A stretch of 64,000 nt of DNA from Trichoplax adhaerens (taxonomy: Eukaryota; Animalia; Placozoa): assembly GCF_000150275.1 (NCBI RefSeq), contig NW_002060957.1:62001-126000 (forward strand), in the 5' to 3' direction. Below the pieces are notes generated by a model. The model worked only from the letters and a program-made list of their open reading frames with translations, made no database searches and was not told the DNA's origin. A program made the position numbers and the translations under genes. Below, piece by piece: positions 36,723-52,529 of this stretch; the stretch's first letter is position 1, and each line of letters begins with the position of its first letter.

Positions 36723-39700
36723 TTAATTGCATGTACTTTCAAAAGCGACATTATATACGTCATTATAAGTTTCTGCGAAGTGAATATCTAATCCTTCGGT
36801 GACGCTACTATGCAATTCTTTGAACTCCTTGTTGTTTCCAGCCGGAAGGACAATACAATCAACACCAGCTCGGCGAGCCTGAAATTAGTAAAGAAAGTAT
36901 CCATTACATCGAATTCTAATTCTAATTCATAAGCAAATCACATTTCGTTTATTAAAAGATTTCTTGTAAAGATTTTCTTGAAGCTAGATATGTTTAAAAC
37001 GTACCGCAATGAGCTTCTCTTTAATTCCACCAACAGGCAAAACCTAAAGTAATAAAAGTGATCACATTACCCAAACACAAACAGAGAAGTTAATAATATT
37101 TCATCCTAAACAATTGTAACCATAAAAATGACAGTGTTCTTTCATTCTAGCTACCTTGCCCGTTAGCGATATTTCTCCAGTCATTGCAAAATTTTGTCTA
37201 ACCGGTTTATCGATAGCTAAAGAAATTAACGCAGTTGTAATTGTGCAACCAGCCGATGGACCATCTTTTGGAGTTGCTCCCTTCGTTACAAAATTATTAT
37301 TTTAAGAAACTTTTATAAGTGGGTTCTAATAATGATATTGGTAATGAATCGATAACAGGAGATATCTTAGACAAATATATTGTTAAGATGATGTTAATTT
37401 CAATACCTCCGGCACATGCAGATGAATGCCAGCACGAGAAAACAATCTATTGTCTTCATCAATCTTACTTACAAAATGCTATAAAATAAGTAAACGTTTG
37501 CAAGATTAATTCGCTGTCAAGACTTTATAACATAGAGTAGCTATGCATTCAAAATACCTTAGCATAAGTATATGCTATCCTTGAACTCTCCTTCATAACA
37601 TCGCCTAATTGGCCAGTTAACTCTATTCCCGATTGGCTTTTGCTATCATTCTCATATACAGTGTTGGATACTGTTTCTATGTACAGCGTTGATCCTCCTA
37701 GGAATTTCGAAGCAAATACTGCTTAATCGAGATAAGGACGATTTATCATACTACTACAATTTTACCTAAGGCCGTCCAGGCTAATCCCATAACAACGCCA
37801 GGTGGAGTTGATTCATAAATTTTGTCGCTTTTAAACACAGGCTGTCCAACGAAATCTTCTAAATTGTTATTGTCTACTGTTATTTCGTCAGTTCCTTGGA
37901 CAATTTTAAGCGCCGCTTTACGAAATATCTGAGTTTAAAATTACAGTATATATAAGACTATGTCTTGATAAAAGAAATTTTACAGAATGAACGTAAAATG
38001 TACGTAAAATACGCCATAGAGTACTATTAGGTACACAACTGCCTAACCTTTTCTATGTGCTTCTGCAAATTTCTTACGCCGCTTTCTCTACAGTATGATT
38101 CTACCAAAGCACGCACTGCATCTTCTGATAATGAAACGTTCCTATCTTGAATTCCGCAAGAGTTTTGGGCAACTGGAATTAAATGACGCTATATGCAAAG
38201 AAATAAACTCCGTTAAAGCACTGATGACAGCAAAATATTAAATACAGAGCTTTTAACAACCTTAGCAATTGCGATTTTTTCATTGGATATATAGCCTGAT
38301 ACATTAATAACTTCCATACGATCTTGCAATGGTCCAGGAATAGTCTCCAACACATTTGCCGTACAAATAAATAGCACCTGAAAAAGTATTAATGTTTACA
38401 TTATGCAAAAAATTTGAGAACATATACTTGAGAAAAATTTCAAATTTTGGCAAGACTTACATTAGATAAATCAACAGGAACATCCAAATAGTGATCGAGG
38501 AAACTGACATTTTGTTCGGGATCTAATACTTCTAATAATGCTGATGAGGGATCTCCTCGGTAGCTCGTACTAATTTTATCAACTTCGTCTATTAAAATGA
38601 CTGGATTCGAAGTATTGGTCTTTTTAAAACATTGAATCACTTTGCCTGGCATTGCTCCAACATAGGTCCTCCTACGAAGGACATTATTAGAAATTATGCG
38701 TTAAAAGGAATCTTACTTTGATACAGCTTATTCATTTTCGAACATTTCAGTAAATTAAATAAAATTTTCATTACCTGTGACCCTTTATTTCTGCAACATT
38801 AGTCATTCCACCAACACTAAAACGAAAAAACTGTAAAAATAGATAATTAAACACCTATTAGGACGCAAAAGCGTTACCCTGAAGCAGTGCAATAGCCATA
38901 AAATACTAGTATAGATGAAATGATTACTTCTCTATTCAAGGCTCGAGCAATTGATTTTCCGATACTCGTTTTACCGACACCTGGAGGGCCTACGAAACAA
39001 ATAATTTTGCCATGAACCGATTTTTTCAGCTGTCCTACAGCTATAAATTCCTGCAATATCATTAACGTGTAGAACAGCTGGTCAATATCGATGCTAGGAT
39101 GTTTACGCAGCACATTTGGTGCATCGGTATTCCAGTGAACACCATCTTATAATTAAAATACTGACGAGAATTCGATCTTTAATATCGTCTAGACCATAAT
39201 GATCTTCATTCAAAATTTGTTTAGCTTTATTAATTTCTAAATTTTCAGTGCTATATTGTCCCCACGGCATAATTGTCAACCAATCGAGATAATTTCTTAT
39301 TACCCTGTGAATTTTATTTATTGTTAATGGTAGCGATATTTCAGTTTCATGGAATATAATGATTAAAATGATTTTAAGCAAAATATACCCAAATTCTTGC
39401 GAATGACTATCTAAGACAGAAAGTCTGCTTAGCTCTTCATCAATTGCTTTTTGGGCATCTTCTGGAACAGTTTTATCCTACAGATTTAATTATTACGATT
39501 CCAGAGGGCATTCAGAAATTAAATAGTAAAACTTTTTAATTTTTAATGTTAGCAAATTTTAATTTAGCATACCTTTAATCTCTCTCTATATTTCTCCATT
39601 ATTGCGTCTTTGTCATCTTTCTACAGCAGAATTAGTTATGAAAGTTATTATTTATGGGATACAATCATCATAATACAACTAAAGGTCGTGTACAATAAAT

Positions 39701-41979
39701 TTACCTCAATTCCTAATTCTCTTTTAATAATTTTTAACTGCTCTTGAAGTAAATATTTCCGCTGCATATTAACATTTTTTTCTTCAACCTAATGAATCAA
39801 TAATACCGTAATATCAAATTGACATCACAATTACAGTAAGTATAGATTGGTAAAATATGTACTTCTTTCCCGATTTGGTGCTGCAACTCTGCTAGGGCAC
39901 ATTCTTTTTTCAATAATTCCAAAGATAACAGCAGTCGAGCACGAATCTATATGAATGTCAGTCATTTTTATGCTTATAAATGTCTAGATCAACAGTAAGG
40001 TAAACAAACCATCATGATGCACTTACGTCCTGTTCTGCTAATACTGCTTGCAACTCTTCGGGTTCAGAAGTGGTTAACGATGCAGCTGAATATATTCAAA
40101 ATTGTATAGTATAAGTTGCTATTAAATTGAGTGTCCACATAGAAATTAATTTATAATTACCAAAATCAGCCAAGTGGTTTGGATCTTCTACCATCTTTCT
40201 ATTTGCTTCAATTAAATGCTGCAGCGATTCACTGCAAAAAGTATGTTGCGTTATCAACACCTTAGATTAGTATATACTATTTTGCAACATACACCTTAAA
40301 TTTACTAAGAGGACTCCAGATCCTTCGATTCGTCTTTTATCATGCATAGCTGGAATACACGTATATTCACTAGACCTTTATATATCAACCTAGCTAGTAT
40401 ACCAGCGAAAATGATACAGCAATACTGTATAAACTTACTAATACACAGGGTTTAATTTAATCAGCTTTCTGACAGTATCCATGATTTCTTGGGATATTGC
40501 CTATCAAATAATGTTGCAATAGCATCGTAAGATTGCTTACTTACTATTAAAAGAGTCATGTACATCGTTCTAGTAGACTAGGAATAAACCTTAATGGTGG
40601 TCTTGAGTTCTGGATCTTTATCATATGGTAAATGTGCCCAATTTTCAGATGTTATCATTAGTAGTGGCTCCTGTTTACCAGAATCACTTTCAACGGTCTG
40701 TTCTTCATCTTGTTTCGTTATTGTTTCCTCTACTTGGCTTTCCTTTGATTGACTTTTAATAATAACCGTTTCTCCAGTTTCGTTTTCTGTGATAATCTCA
40801 GCCGGTTGTCCTTCAATGATCTCTTCTGTGTTGCCTTCTTCTTCATCTAATTCCAAGCGGTCAATCAGTCGTATTCTATACGAATACAAATTATGACTTT
40901 ATTACTAGTATACGTAGCAAAGGAGTGAACAACATTAAGACTGAACGTAGGTGAATCCTAATGTACGCATAAGGTTCCTAATGACAAGTCAAAACTTCTA
41001 CCCTAATCATCTACGTATCATGGAGACCCTAGTATCGTATATACAATCATGATTCACTGATGTCGCTCATGATTACCGATTTAGTCAAAATGGAATCAAT
41101 TCTATCTTTGCATTGACACTTACCTCCGATGTCCTTGCACAAACATTCTTAACTTATCACCGGTGATTGCATAATCTCCAACCTTGACAAAAGTACCAAT
41201 GGGATAGATTTCATCTAGTGAATGGACGACGTCCGAAGTATTTTTCTTATCTTTTTTCAAGAAGACACCAGCATAAGGCTGTCCAATCTTGAACCGACGA
41301 AGCAGTAATTGTATTAACTCTTTGTTAGTCACCTATAGCATACGAATGAGAAAGTGGAAGAGTTCACATCTTAATGATTAGCAGTGATGTACAACTCCAA
41401 GTCGGTATCCATCATGAGTTGAAACAACGATGTAAAGCAGTAGCATGATAGCAACAAGTACTGTATTGAATAGAAATATGTCTCTACACTATTACAGATG
41501 TGCTAAAATGAACAATAATGATCTTAACATGTTTCCCTATTATGAAAGAAGGATTAACTTGGCATAATTCGTTCACAACTTACTTCGATGACTTTGACAA
41601 ATAGTGGATAAACCGGACTACGTGATACAGTTAAGCATGGCACTTCAGGAAAGTAATCTGGAACAATCACTTGAGCAGGGACATTAGCCGTTGTAGCACC
41701 TTTACCCCCTACAATCTTCACTTTAATGTCGTTATCGTTCTTGTCTTTAGGATCTCCATTAGGTGGTTTTGCTGCACATAACCATCTTGCATGAATCAAT
41801 CGAGGAGACCATGGGTTAAGCCTTGCATTGATTCGATCATTTGGCCGGCCAAGAAGCCTGCCAGGACGATGACGCTGCACAAGTTTGCCTACAGCATTTC
41901 GATCATGGATTCGGCTGTAATGGCGAACGATAGCTTGTAAACGAATCACCGGATTGCGAATGGATCTGGTAGCAAGCAT
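36723..41979 (-). CDS. LONP1: Mitochondrial Lon protease, ~22 exons
   Basis: Arg-rich presequence [14 protein letters not shown]; [11 protein letters not shown]; [21 protein letters not shown]; GPPGVGKT; ILIDEVDK; catalytic [11 protein letters not shown] and VGGIKEK; ends AFESTCN, with no PTS1 (so not LONP2). Confidence 0.95.
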
Positions 41980-42624
41980 ATCCAAGATTCTATCTTTCAA
42001 ATAGATCAGGAGACTTTCAAGAATAGCTCTTGCTCTGACTACTAATAATAATATTAATTTTAATTAATGTCTGGCTGGAGCGGATTGCATCAGATGCTGT
42101 GGCCCAGACTTTCTGAGCTTGGATGAGGATATGAACTGCGCAGGTCCAGTGGTGGATGATTTGGTGTGGGCTATCAGCTTCTGTCCGGCTGTCCATGAGA
42201 GCAGACAGATAGACGTCCTCTGATACACTCTGCTACAGATGTGCCCTACTGCCGCGATGGATTTGATCGTACTCTATACCGTACTATATATCGCCAATGA
42301 CTGTTACATACGGTATACTAGATCCAATGTCGGCCTGATCGCTCCACCAAAATGGATGCTTGCCGCTTCTATAGGACTAGAAGGGCCTCAAAATCTTCAG
42401 CTATGTAGTGCAGCCCCCCAAAATAGCTTAGCAGACTGTAGGAAATCATTAAATGATATGCAAAAGTGTAAGACTGATACTGTATGTACGAGATTGTAAT
42501 AACTGGAATCTCAAGATTGTATTAAGCTTGCATCCGTGCTAAATAGTTCAAGTAAATATTGTAGCTTTGATTAGGAATATTTTTACTTAGGCCAAAGGCA
42601 AATTGATACAAATAGAAATACCTT

Positions 42625-42790
42625 GCTAGCCTATCCATTTCAATTGCAATAGCGTGTCGATTCATATGGCTAAATCTAATTGCAATAAGCCCATCCATTT
42701 TAATCGTAATTGCCGGCTAATTTATACAATTACATCCCATTGTAAATAGCTCATCTATTTCAATCGAAATGGCCCGTTAATAGATGCTAG
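42625..42790. repeat. Degenerate ~60 bp tandem repeat x3 with a solo copy at ~44061-44096
   Basis: gctcatctatttcaatcg-like core at ~42630, 42689, 42749 and 44061. Confidence 0.65.
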
Positions 42791-45260
42791 CAAATCATAT
42801 ATAAACTATAACTTTGTAAATACTATTTAGAAATACGTATATAGAAATAGAGAGAAAACTAACTATACAGAAAGATATGAAAAATTTTATTAACTATAAA
42901 TTATTCAGCCCAATTTATAATTGTCTCTTAAATCTAGTTACTGGACAATTCTCTCTCTAATATTTATTTAACAACCTAATTGTCACCCACTCCAATAATG
43001 CTAGCTTGATATATCATCAAAGTAAAATGAAAAAATATACAATTCACAATAGTCAGTGGAAATACATCGATACGTTGTCAGTAAAATAGCTAGTGCTATT
43101 TTTTTCTCTGATGTACCTTTCATTCATAAACTGTATACTTTTTCGCTCTTATCCAGGCTTTTTCAACGCTCCACAAATATCGCTAAATACTTCTTGGCGT
43201 TTGATATAATTTTCAGGCACTTCAGGAAGATTATGCAGGAAGATTAAAGTATGGAACAAGGATTAAAGCATAGCAATCATGGTAGCTAACTTACTTACAG
43301 TCTGTTATTACAGAATTTAAGTCATATTATGCAGTTGATATTATACGATATCCAAAAATATCAAAAATTTTCAAATAAAACATTAAAAATCGTTCCTAGC
43401 TATAGCTATGTATTATAAATGGATATAACCATCTTTCTACTATATCTCTAACTAGCACATAAAAGAACACCAGTGACAATGTCAATAATTAATTATATAT
43501 CATTAACCATAATTATAGAGATTATCAATCATCTGAGACCCTTCAATTTTTACTGAGGATGAGTTTACATAAACTGCTGTTTTTTCGTTTTAAATATAGT
43601 ATACAATTTATACGGTATGCACTGACAACTAAATGTTAATATCAAAACGTGATTGTAAATAATATTGAGCGAGACGACGAATGCGAAGCTTGTACAATTG
43701 TTAAACAGCTGGAGAATTGTACTGCATATTACTTAGCAATTAGAACTAAGCTACTATTGCCATTTACTGTATGTATCCTATAATCAACAGCATATTTACT
43801 CAACCATAGACAACAAAAATCATAATATCTAGCAAAAAATGGTCGGTTAATTGATACAATTTAATGGCATGGAAAGTATTGAAATTGATATTTTACTGTA
43901 TAATAATAATCATTAATTTGATATCATTTTACAAATACAGTAGCTCTTATCCTACATGCAGTTTAATAAGCAATATATTAACCAGACTATATTTAACAGA
44001 GCTAATACCAGAATTAAAATTTTCACTGTTAATTAATAAAAACAAATCGCCTTACAAGAAGCTCATCTATTTCAATCGCAATAGCAGATTAATTTGTAAG
44101 ACTAGATCAATCAATCAATTTTTGCTAGTTGAGAGCATAAAAGATATATAATTTAGTGCATTTATCCTTGCCCTGCTACTTTTTGTACTCAGGAACAAGC
44201 TATGAACGTAATACCTACGATAATCAATTTATTTCTGACAGTAAAGACTAAGAAAATATGAAATTATATAATGACATCAAAGTCTTAAGCTGATTTTATA
44301 CCCTACAATATTTGTATAGTTGAAGAGAGTTCAACAAGCCCTCCCTAAGCTTTAAATTGATATTCCTAAATTATCGATATTGCATGTCTACCTCATTTTC
44401 GTTTTCTTTTCTGATCAAGTTGAAAATTAATTATTAAATAATTTTGCCATGATATTAATATTATAAATGCTACGAATAGATTTCATATATTTTTTTAATA
44501 GAAATTATATCATTTTCATGAAATACAGGCAAAAAATGATTTAAGAATGAAGTAATTATACACTATCTACTTGATTAGTCACGAATTTGGGAACAGCTTA
44601 ATCCTAGTCTTCTAACTTCATAGTGACTTGAACTACTAAACTACTACACTACACCACGTTTTATAGGCTACACAGAGCAGGTAGCAGTAGCGATTACCAA
44701 ATTGTCGCTCTAAATTACTTTAAATGAAAATAACAATTAAACCAATATGATAAGATGAATTATATCCTAGATTCCCGAATATTACTAATTAATAATAATC
44801 GTTATTCAACTACAAGTTGTATCTTTCTACGATATATAGCACGTAAGTATTAAAAAACACTACGACAGACCAACAATTTTAAATTAGAACCCAAATCAAA
44901 ACGTTTGGATTCACTCTATATTCTATCAAAGTAACATAACATGACTTATGCCGCATTTATGATCAAAATTAAATATAAGTTTTTATAATAATCAAAGTAT
45001 AAATATTATACTAACTGAATGCATCACTTAAGTTACAGTCTAGTATTGTATAATTTTTAACACAATTTGTGACTGCATATTGTTAAATTCTATGTCGAAT
45101 AAAGTAGTTGGATTCACAATATAATAAGATAATAAGTAAAACCTACTGTAGTTAAACCAAATAAGTTATCTTTTAATTATAATATAAAACCTGAAGGAGA
45201 ATTTTTTAAATTAACCCCATTACAATGAATTAGAAGAAAATTTTAAATCTGCTTTGATCT

Positions 45261-48200
45261 TTAATCCATTTTAGATTTATCTATTAAATTACTGTTATAC
45301 AACTTGCCCATGATTCTAATGCATGCTAGATAAACCAAATAACTGCTAATTATACCCACAACTAAGATATCTAAATTGTAATACTCGTAGAAGTAGAGTT
45401 TTTCACCATCTACTTTGAGATGATGAGCACCGTTAGTTCTCATAACATATTCGACCCAATCTACAACAATATCAGTAGACGATCGAGGCTTGCTTTTCAG
45501 TATCGAGGAAACCCTTTTTATGTTCGTGGAATATCTAATAATTAATATTAATAAAAATCGATTTAGTTAGAGAGAAACAATATACATCTTATCTAGAGTA
45601 CAGTCGATTTCATCGCCAAATAGCTAAATTAAGAGGAAAAGAATCACTTACTTTCTCTTAGTAGTCACTTCCTCTATAGCATGCACCAAATCGCTAGCTT
45701 GAAAATTAAAATAATCAACTACCACTCCTATACCAGCACGGATAATTCTAGCTGCATTACTTTTCTGTTCAGCCATTGATGGCATACCTATCATTGGAAC
45801 TGCATGATAAGCGCTTTCATAGAGACCATGACAGCCGCAATGGGTAATAAAAGCTACAGTCCTATTATGGCCTAGGATATCATTTTGCGGTATCCAATCG
45901 ACGGTTTTAATATTATCGGGTATTCTAGTAATATTATGTAAAGTTCTCCAAATTATCCTGTAGGGTACCTGACTTAAAGCTTGGAGCATTTTAGGTACAT
46001 CTTTTTCCATTAATTCTAGCTCAGTACCAAACGATACTAAAATAACACCTCGATACTTACTATCATTGAAAAATTCGTCCCATGTTACTGGCAAAGGATC
46101 AGGAGAGCGTACAGAAATTGGGCCAACTGCTTGCATATAAGGTGGTAAGGGTCGTGGATACTCAAGAACAAAATCAGTAGTGGATAAAATCATGGAGAAT
46201 TTCCATCGTAATTCAGATAAGGCTAAATGAGTGCTAATATTATGTTTCCATCTTAATGCGTTGATTGCTCGAGAGGACACACTATCCATCATGTATCCAA
46301 AAACACTTCCCCAGATTAGATTCGATGCTCGTTTGATAAAGGTCATGGGTAGGTAATATATCGGATATCCTAGGCTTGGAATATAACTAATTGGCTCATA
46401 GATAGATAGTGTCGAATGAGGACCGAAAAAACTTGCATGGAACGACATTAATACATAAGGTTTAAGGACTACTTCCGGTAAAAGAACTCCACAAACGTAG
46501 GCGCTATCGGTAATGATAATATCAACATGATGCAACAATCGTAATAAAGTTTTATTGGAAACAGTTGCATCACAATATCGACTTTGTACTTCATATAAAG
46601 TACTGATAAAATCTTGAGTCCCTCCATTAGTAAACATTTTATGTGTTTCTTGCGCGTTTGTTAAATTATTAACTTGGTAGAGTAACCATGGAGAAGGTTT
46701 TAATTTTCTCAACTGTGTTGGATCATTTGGAAACACAGTTACAGTCTACGTAGTAAAAATTTTAAAAATTATTGGAAATAAGCAAAGCATCGAATAGCAA
46801 CATATGCACATAATTTTGGATGATAGACTATCGTAATTATCCATTTAAAGTAAATCATCTATGAAATGTTGAAATATCCGGGTAGTTATGACTTTTGTAC
46901 ATTCGCTAAAATTAAAACTATAAAGTTGATAGTTAACTTAGAGCTATTTACTAACATAGACATATAATTTTGGATTATAGACTATCATTCATTTAAGGCA
47001 CAACTATCTATGAAATAAATAGAAGAAATTGATGATTTCTGTGGATAAAATTAAAATAATTGAAATCATACTTTTCTTTAAATGAAAGCATTCTCATAGA
47101 TGCGGATTATTATCATTCATTTAAAACAAAACTATTCTATAATATGTCGGAAATACGATTAAAGTCTACGTAGCTATAAAGTAAAACAAACTAGTTATAG
47201 TCTAGAAACTTATACAAATATTTTGGGAATTATAGACTATCAGTCGGTTACGGTAGACAATATCATCGATTAACTGTCCTGCTATTCGATACAATGGTTA
47301 TATTAAGATTGGATATAAAGTATAGGTGTAGCAAAGCTATTGCATCTATTCAGTTACATTATTTATTGACGATTCTAACTAATCCTTAGATCTTGGTTTA
47401 GAAAACTTTCTCACTCTACGAGGATTATATTGTAGTCGTTTACAAGATGAATGAAATAAGGAAATATTAAGAATATGTTTAATTCATTCCATATCCTTGC
47501 GCTTTCTTTTTCTCAAGTCATTTGTTTAATCCATTTGTAGAGACAATTTAAAATTAAATCGATAGGATAATTTTTACTCCACAGGTAATGAAATAACATT
47601 TGCACTGTAGCAAATTTTGCGATAGACACCATAATAGCATGGACTATCCTGAATCAATATGTTGTAGCTTTATTACATGTAGAGAAAATCTTATACCAAT
47701 ACCGTATGAACTTGAAAAATTTTGTTGTCGCTTATTTAATCAAAACATCTTGAATTATTCTAGTTTTTAAAATTACTTACAGTTTATTGAACTCTTATCA
47801 CTGTATGATCGAATAAATTCAAGTTTAATTATAACAACCATGTTACTGTAACTAAGTTGATCTAAATATATTTAAGAACTATAAATATAAGTTCATGATT
47901 CCTCCAGGTTTAGGACGTTTTATATTCTTGTTAATAGTTAATTACTCAACCCTTACCATTTTAAAAATCTTTCAAAATTTTGACTATTATTCTGTGAGAG
48001 CTGGATTGCTTTTAGATTAGATAGAATAGTTGGACGCTTTTTACGAAATATATTAGATAATAAGATGAACTACCTTAAATGGATATGTCATAACGTTTTT
48101 CTATTTAAAATAGCTTTACATCTATACTACATATAGATTTCTTAAGAATTTTGTTGTCAATTCAGCAAACTTGTTGAATTATTTTAATTCTTCAATTGCA

Positions 48201-48417
48201 GTTGATGATCATTTCAACTATTTAACTACAATTTAGTAATAATCATTAGTGTCTTTACCTGATGTCCTCTTTTGATTAATTGATGGGTAATAGTATCCAT
48301 AGTATGTGTATGGCTACCACCAATGAACGGTATTATTGCTACTTTCAATAAGGATACTTGAGGCAATAAGGCCACCAGAAATAAGGTCGATGTTAATAGA
48401 GTCAGTAAAGGAGTCAT
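45261..48417 (-). CDS. ER-type UDP-glycosyltransferase (GT1, animal UGT family). Exons about 48417-48259, 46745-45652, 45534-45261
   Basis: Signal peptide; GGSH catalytic His; LEYPRPLPP; UGT signature WIPQNDILGHNRTVAFITHCGCHGLYESAYHAVPMIGMPSMAEQ; C-terminal TM helix and dilysine-type tail KSKMD. Confidence 0.92.
46800..47260. repeat. Degenerate ~130-150 bp tandem repeat x4 in UGT intron 1
   Basis: ataattttggattatagactatc...catttaa variants at ~46810, 46963, 47100 and 47218. Confidence 0.7.
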
Positions 48418-50760
48418 CACAATACCGCATTAAGTTCTTTTTCAAACCAACGAAGTAACTAATTTAAAAGTAATTATCGAGAGTTAAAAATTAAAAATAG
48501 CTTACAATCAGTAGAATATTTCCCAAAGAGTATCGAGAAGAATAGTAAAGAATAGCGGAAAAAGTCAATCGTTTCAATAGGCGGGATGAATCATGGCTCG
48601 TATGCCCCATTAAGTATAGTGCTAATGCTTTATAGATATTTAATTTATGCTATACCACATCTTAGTCATTATGAATTTGTTACTTCACTATGGAAGATCA
48701 TAATTGGAGTAATAAGCTAAGTTTTAATTCATAAATCTTCCTGAAGATAATTGTATAAAATAAATACTATAATCCAAGATAGATTAAGTAAAATAGATTG
48801 AACCAATTGCGATATTTTGCTATTGAATATACGTGAATGCTACTTTCGTACCGTAGGAGTACTTCTCAGATTCAATATTTCCATAGAATTTCTATCGAAT
48901 TTAAACTTAAAAGTCAATCATTCTGATTATGAATGTCCGATTGATGCGAATTAAAATATCTTTTAGCGACGTAAATTAGTTCTTATCATACTAGAACATA
49001 AATCGCTAACTGTTACATTTAATGCAGCCTATATATTATCATATTGTAATTTAGTAGTCAAGCTCATTTAGTCAGTTATCAAATTAGCTCTATTTCCTTA
49101 CCAAATTCAGTTTGTATAATATAAAAATCAAGCAGTAATATATCGGAATTAGCTGTATAGTATTCTGTTACTCAGCTCAGCTTGTATATTATAGTATCAC
49201 ATTTTAATCTATACGCTTTAATGTCTGTAAAGAAAGATATCGACGTAAACCATAAAGTTCTTTACTAAGAAATTATATATCTTCTACTACTACATATATA
49301 ACATAAGTTTTTAATTAATATAAGTACGATATCCTTTGAGCAATTGACTGTACCTTAAGAAAATCAAATCGTTGATTGATTAAAATTCCTTCCCAGCAGA
49401 AGCTTTTGATTAAAAACTTTTATAATTTTTCTCCACTTTTATTTAGGATCTATCTTAATTTTGGATCGGACTTTGACATTGATGCAAATAGTGAGGATAT
49501 CTATTTTTATGGTGTCAACTTTCCAAAAAAGTCTTAGTCTCAGAAACTGATGCGTTCCATTAAAATAACGAGGTTAAAGTAATTTATTTGTATAGTAGCA
49601 CATTCATTAATATAAAAGTAGGACAAATATATTTAAGTGAATCATCAATCTAGTTAGCGTTCGATTGAACGTGTAGTTCTAGTTAAGGCAAGAAATGAGA
49701 TAGAGCGTAGTAAAGATAATCTTTTTGATTTATTTTACTACACCATATAGTCTTAAGTACAACAGCATGATATAAAGTCAATAAAATATTGAAGTAATAA
49801 AGACAAAGGATAAAATAGAATAACAGTATCAATCTATAGTAGAATCAGTATAACTCCAATAAACTATTACAGTAGGAACAAAGACAGGAAACACCACAGT
49901 AGGAGGTTTACATCGAGAACAAAACATTTAAAAATTTTATAAAAGCTGCTGGCATAATTGGGTTTGTCTGACAATTATATGATAAAGTTGAAACACAAGT
50001 ATGTCATGATTGTTAATAGAAAAGAATGAAATAGAACGATAGCTTATGGTAATAAATCAACAATTTCGTGAAAAGTAGTTTAAGAACTGTGGAGTCCAAG
50101 ATAGCTTTAAAATAATCTAGGCTACAAATACCATAAGGTGATCATCAATTTATAGTCCAAACTAAAAATTTTGTAAAAGTAATAGGCTTAAATAGGTATG
50201 GTATATATTGATATATAAGATAAAATAACAAAGTAAATACATCAGAACATTGTTAAAGTAAAGAAATAAATTAAAGAAATAGTCTATTAAATAAAATAGC
50301 AATTTTACGAACAGTGGTATTACAATGAAGGAATCTAATGAAATAATATAATAATAATAAAGGCTAGGAATAATAATAGAAGACAATCATCAGTCATTGG
50401 TTAAGAAATGGAAAGAAATATATAAAATTTCCATCTATATCATACTTGCTATAAAATCATGTAGCAACTGCATAAACTTTTCCGTAATGAAGTTAAGGAA
50501 TAAACCGAAATGAAAATTGATCAAATGAATATCTACAAGTTATGAAGATCATCATGTAAACTAGCCCCATCATGAGTGGGGAATATCAAAGTATATGTCA
50601 TAGGCGCCAACACAACCTATTCTATTGAATATGGATATAACAAAACCGATGAATAAATGGAATGATGGATTGCGTCAATAACAATTTCAACATCATTCTA
50701 CCCATGTGTATGTCTTATCAATAATTCATGAATAAGAATCCTGTAAAACATTTAATATAC

Positions 50761-50880
50761 CCTAGAGATTTCACTATATAATGAATGACCAGACTATTAT
50801 TTCGAAATGGCGTAATTTCCCCTAGAGATTTCCCTATATAATGCATGACCAGATTATTATTTCGATATGGCGTAATTTCT
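50761..50880. repeat. 60 bp tandem duplication x2
   Basis: cctagagatttc.ctatataatg.atgaccaga.tattatttcga.atggcgtaatttc at 50761 and 50821. Confidence 0.95.
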
Positions 50881-52529
50881 CTTAAATCTGATAAAAGCCG
50901 CATTTTTCAATCAATCAATTATGAAGAAATCATCTCATAATTTCAATAGCATAGTGGATAGTTTTATGGAGGCGCTATCCATCCGATAGGCATTGATTTA
51001 AGCAGAAGTAGTAGCAATGTATAGCGAATTGAATATTAAAAGATTGGTACAGAAATAATATTCCAGGAATTTAATATTAGTTATTGTCGCGGACGACTGG
51101 CTTTAACAAAATTGCTTTATTGCCTTAGTAGTCGTTTAAACAATTATTTTATAGACAACATTATTCATTTGCTATTTGAAATCATCAATTAGTCTATCAT
51201 GTGTATTATCCACGTAATGAATGAGTTTAACTTATAACCTACAATTACTTTATTGAGTATAACTGGTTACTCTACATCATATTCCGATACTACTTTACAG
51301 TACATTATTATTGTTATTATTAATATACTTTTTAAGTATATCGCTAAAGTAATCAGCTGAAAACATTACTGCTATTCGTAATTAGAAGTGATTAAAATGG
51401 CTTCGGCATTTCAATTAACAAATAAGATAGTGTAACATTTAGAAATGCGTGTTGTTTGTATAATGGATCATCCATGTAACATTATTTATACCGTACAATA
51501 TCTATCTTCTTTCCTTCAAGCTTACATGTTTTGTTTTAACTCGACATCAACTAAAGCAATTTGGATATCCTGACGCTTTCATACTTGCTAATTATTTCAC
51601 AGTTTATACAAATCTGTGTACGGTATATCAGTTGACGATTTTTAATTTAATGAGCAAAGCTATATCTGAAAATCGGTGCTTCGTTTCTAACGTAATATTT
51701 GTAAGGATATTCTTGAAAAATTGTTAAATGTAGAAATATTGGAAGAGGTCCAAACATTTCGGATACATAAATCCTGCTTCACATTATACTACTACTAAGT
51801 CAACGGTATATGACCATACGAGCGCATATATCGAAAAACAATACCGTAAGTGTAACGACGATATTTAGCACTGCTAATTTCACATTCAATGGCAACATCT
51901 ATTCCATTACTCAACCTACTCTTATCATAAGAATTTTCATACTATTGCATAAATAATAAAGTTGTTCCAAAAGGATAAATACAAAAGAGTGTCAAATATT
52001 TTGAGAAAAAGTTGTACAAAATGTCTACTAGTACACATGTATAAGATGAAATATCATTAATATCAACTTAATAAAGTTAAAAATAGTTTATTTTTATTTA
52101 TTTAATTAATTAATTATAAGGATTAGTAATAACATAATGGACATGCATATATATATATATATGTATACACATATTATTTGTGTGAATACTCGTAAATACC
52201 TATAATAACACAATTAAGTAATGTTTTGAAGATTACGCAAGTAGAAAACTAGCAACAGGTGTCGCTACAGATTTATTTACGGCTGCATTAAAAGTAATCA
52301 GATCGCTATAAAGGAAACGGAATCACTTATAACACTTTAGCGTCAGGGGTCTCTGAAAATAACCTGATAATAGTCAACACTTATAATTAGTGGATTAACG
52401 TAATACCAAAAGCAAAGAAATGCTATTATTCATATAACCTAAAGTCTATATTTTATAACTACACGCTTTTACGAAAATGCTAAAATCGGCAAAAAGACCA
52501 TTGCCAGTATCATAAGCTAAAATCAATGA

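Noticed and set aside
40430-40445. Apparent in-frame TAG in LONP1
   Set aside because: It spans a splice donor (ta|gtaag); the spliced sequence reads NPVYYESL.
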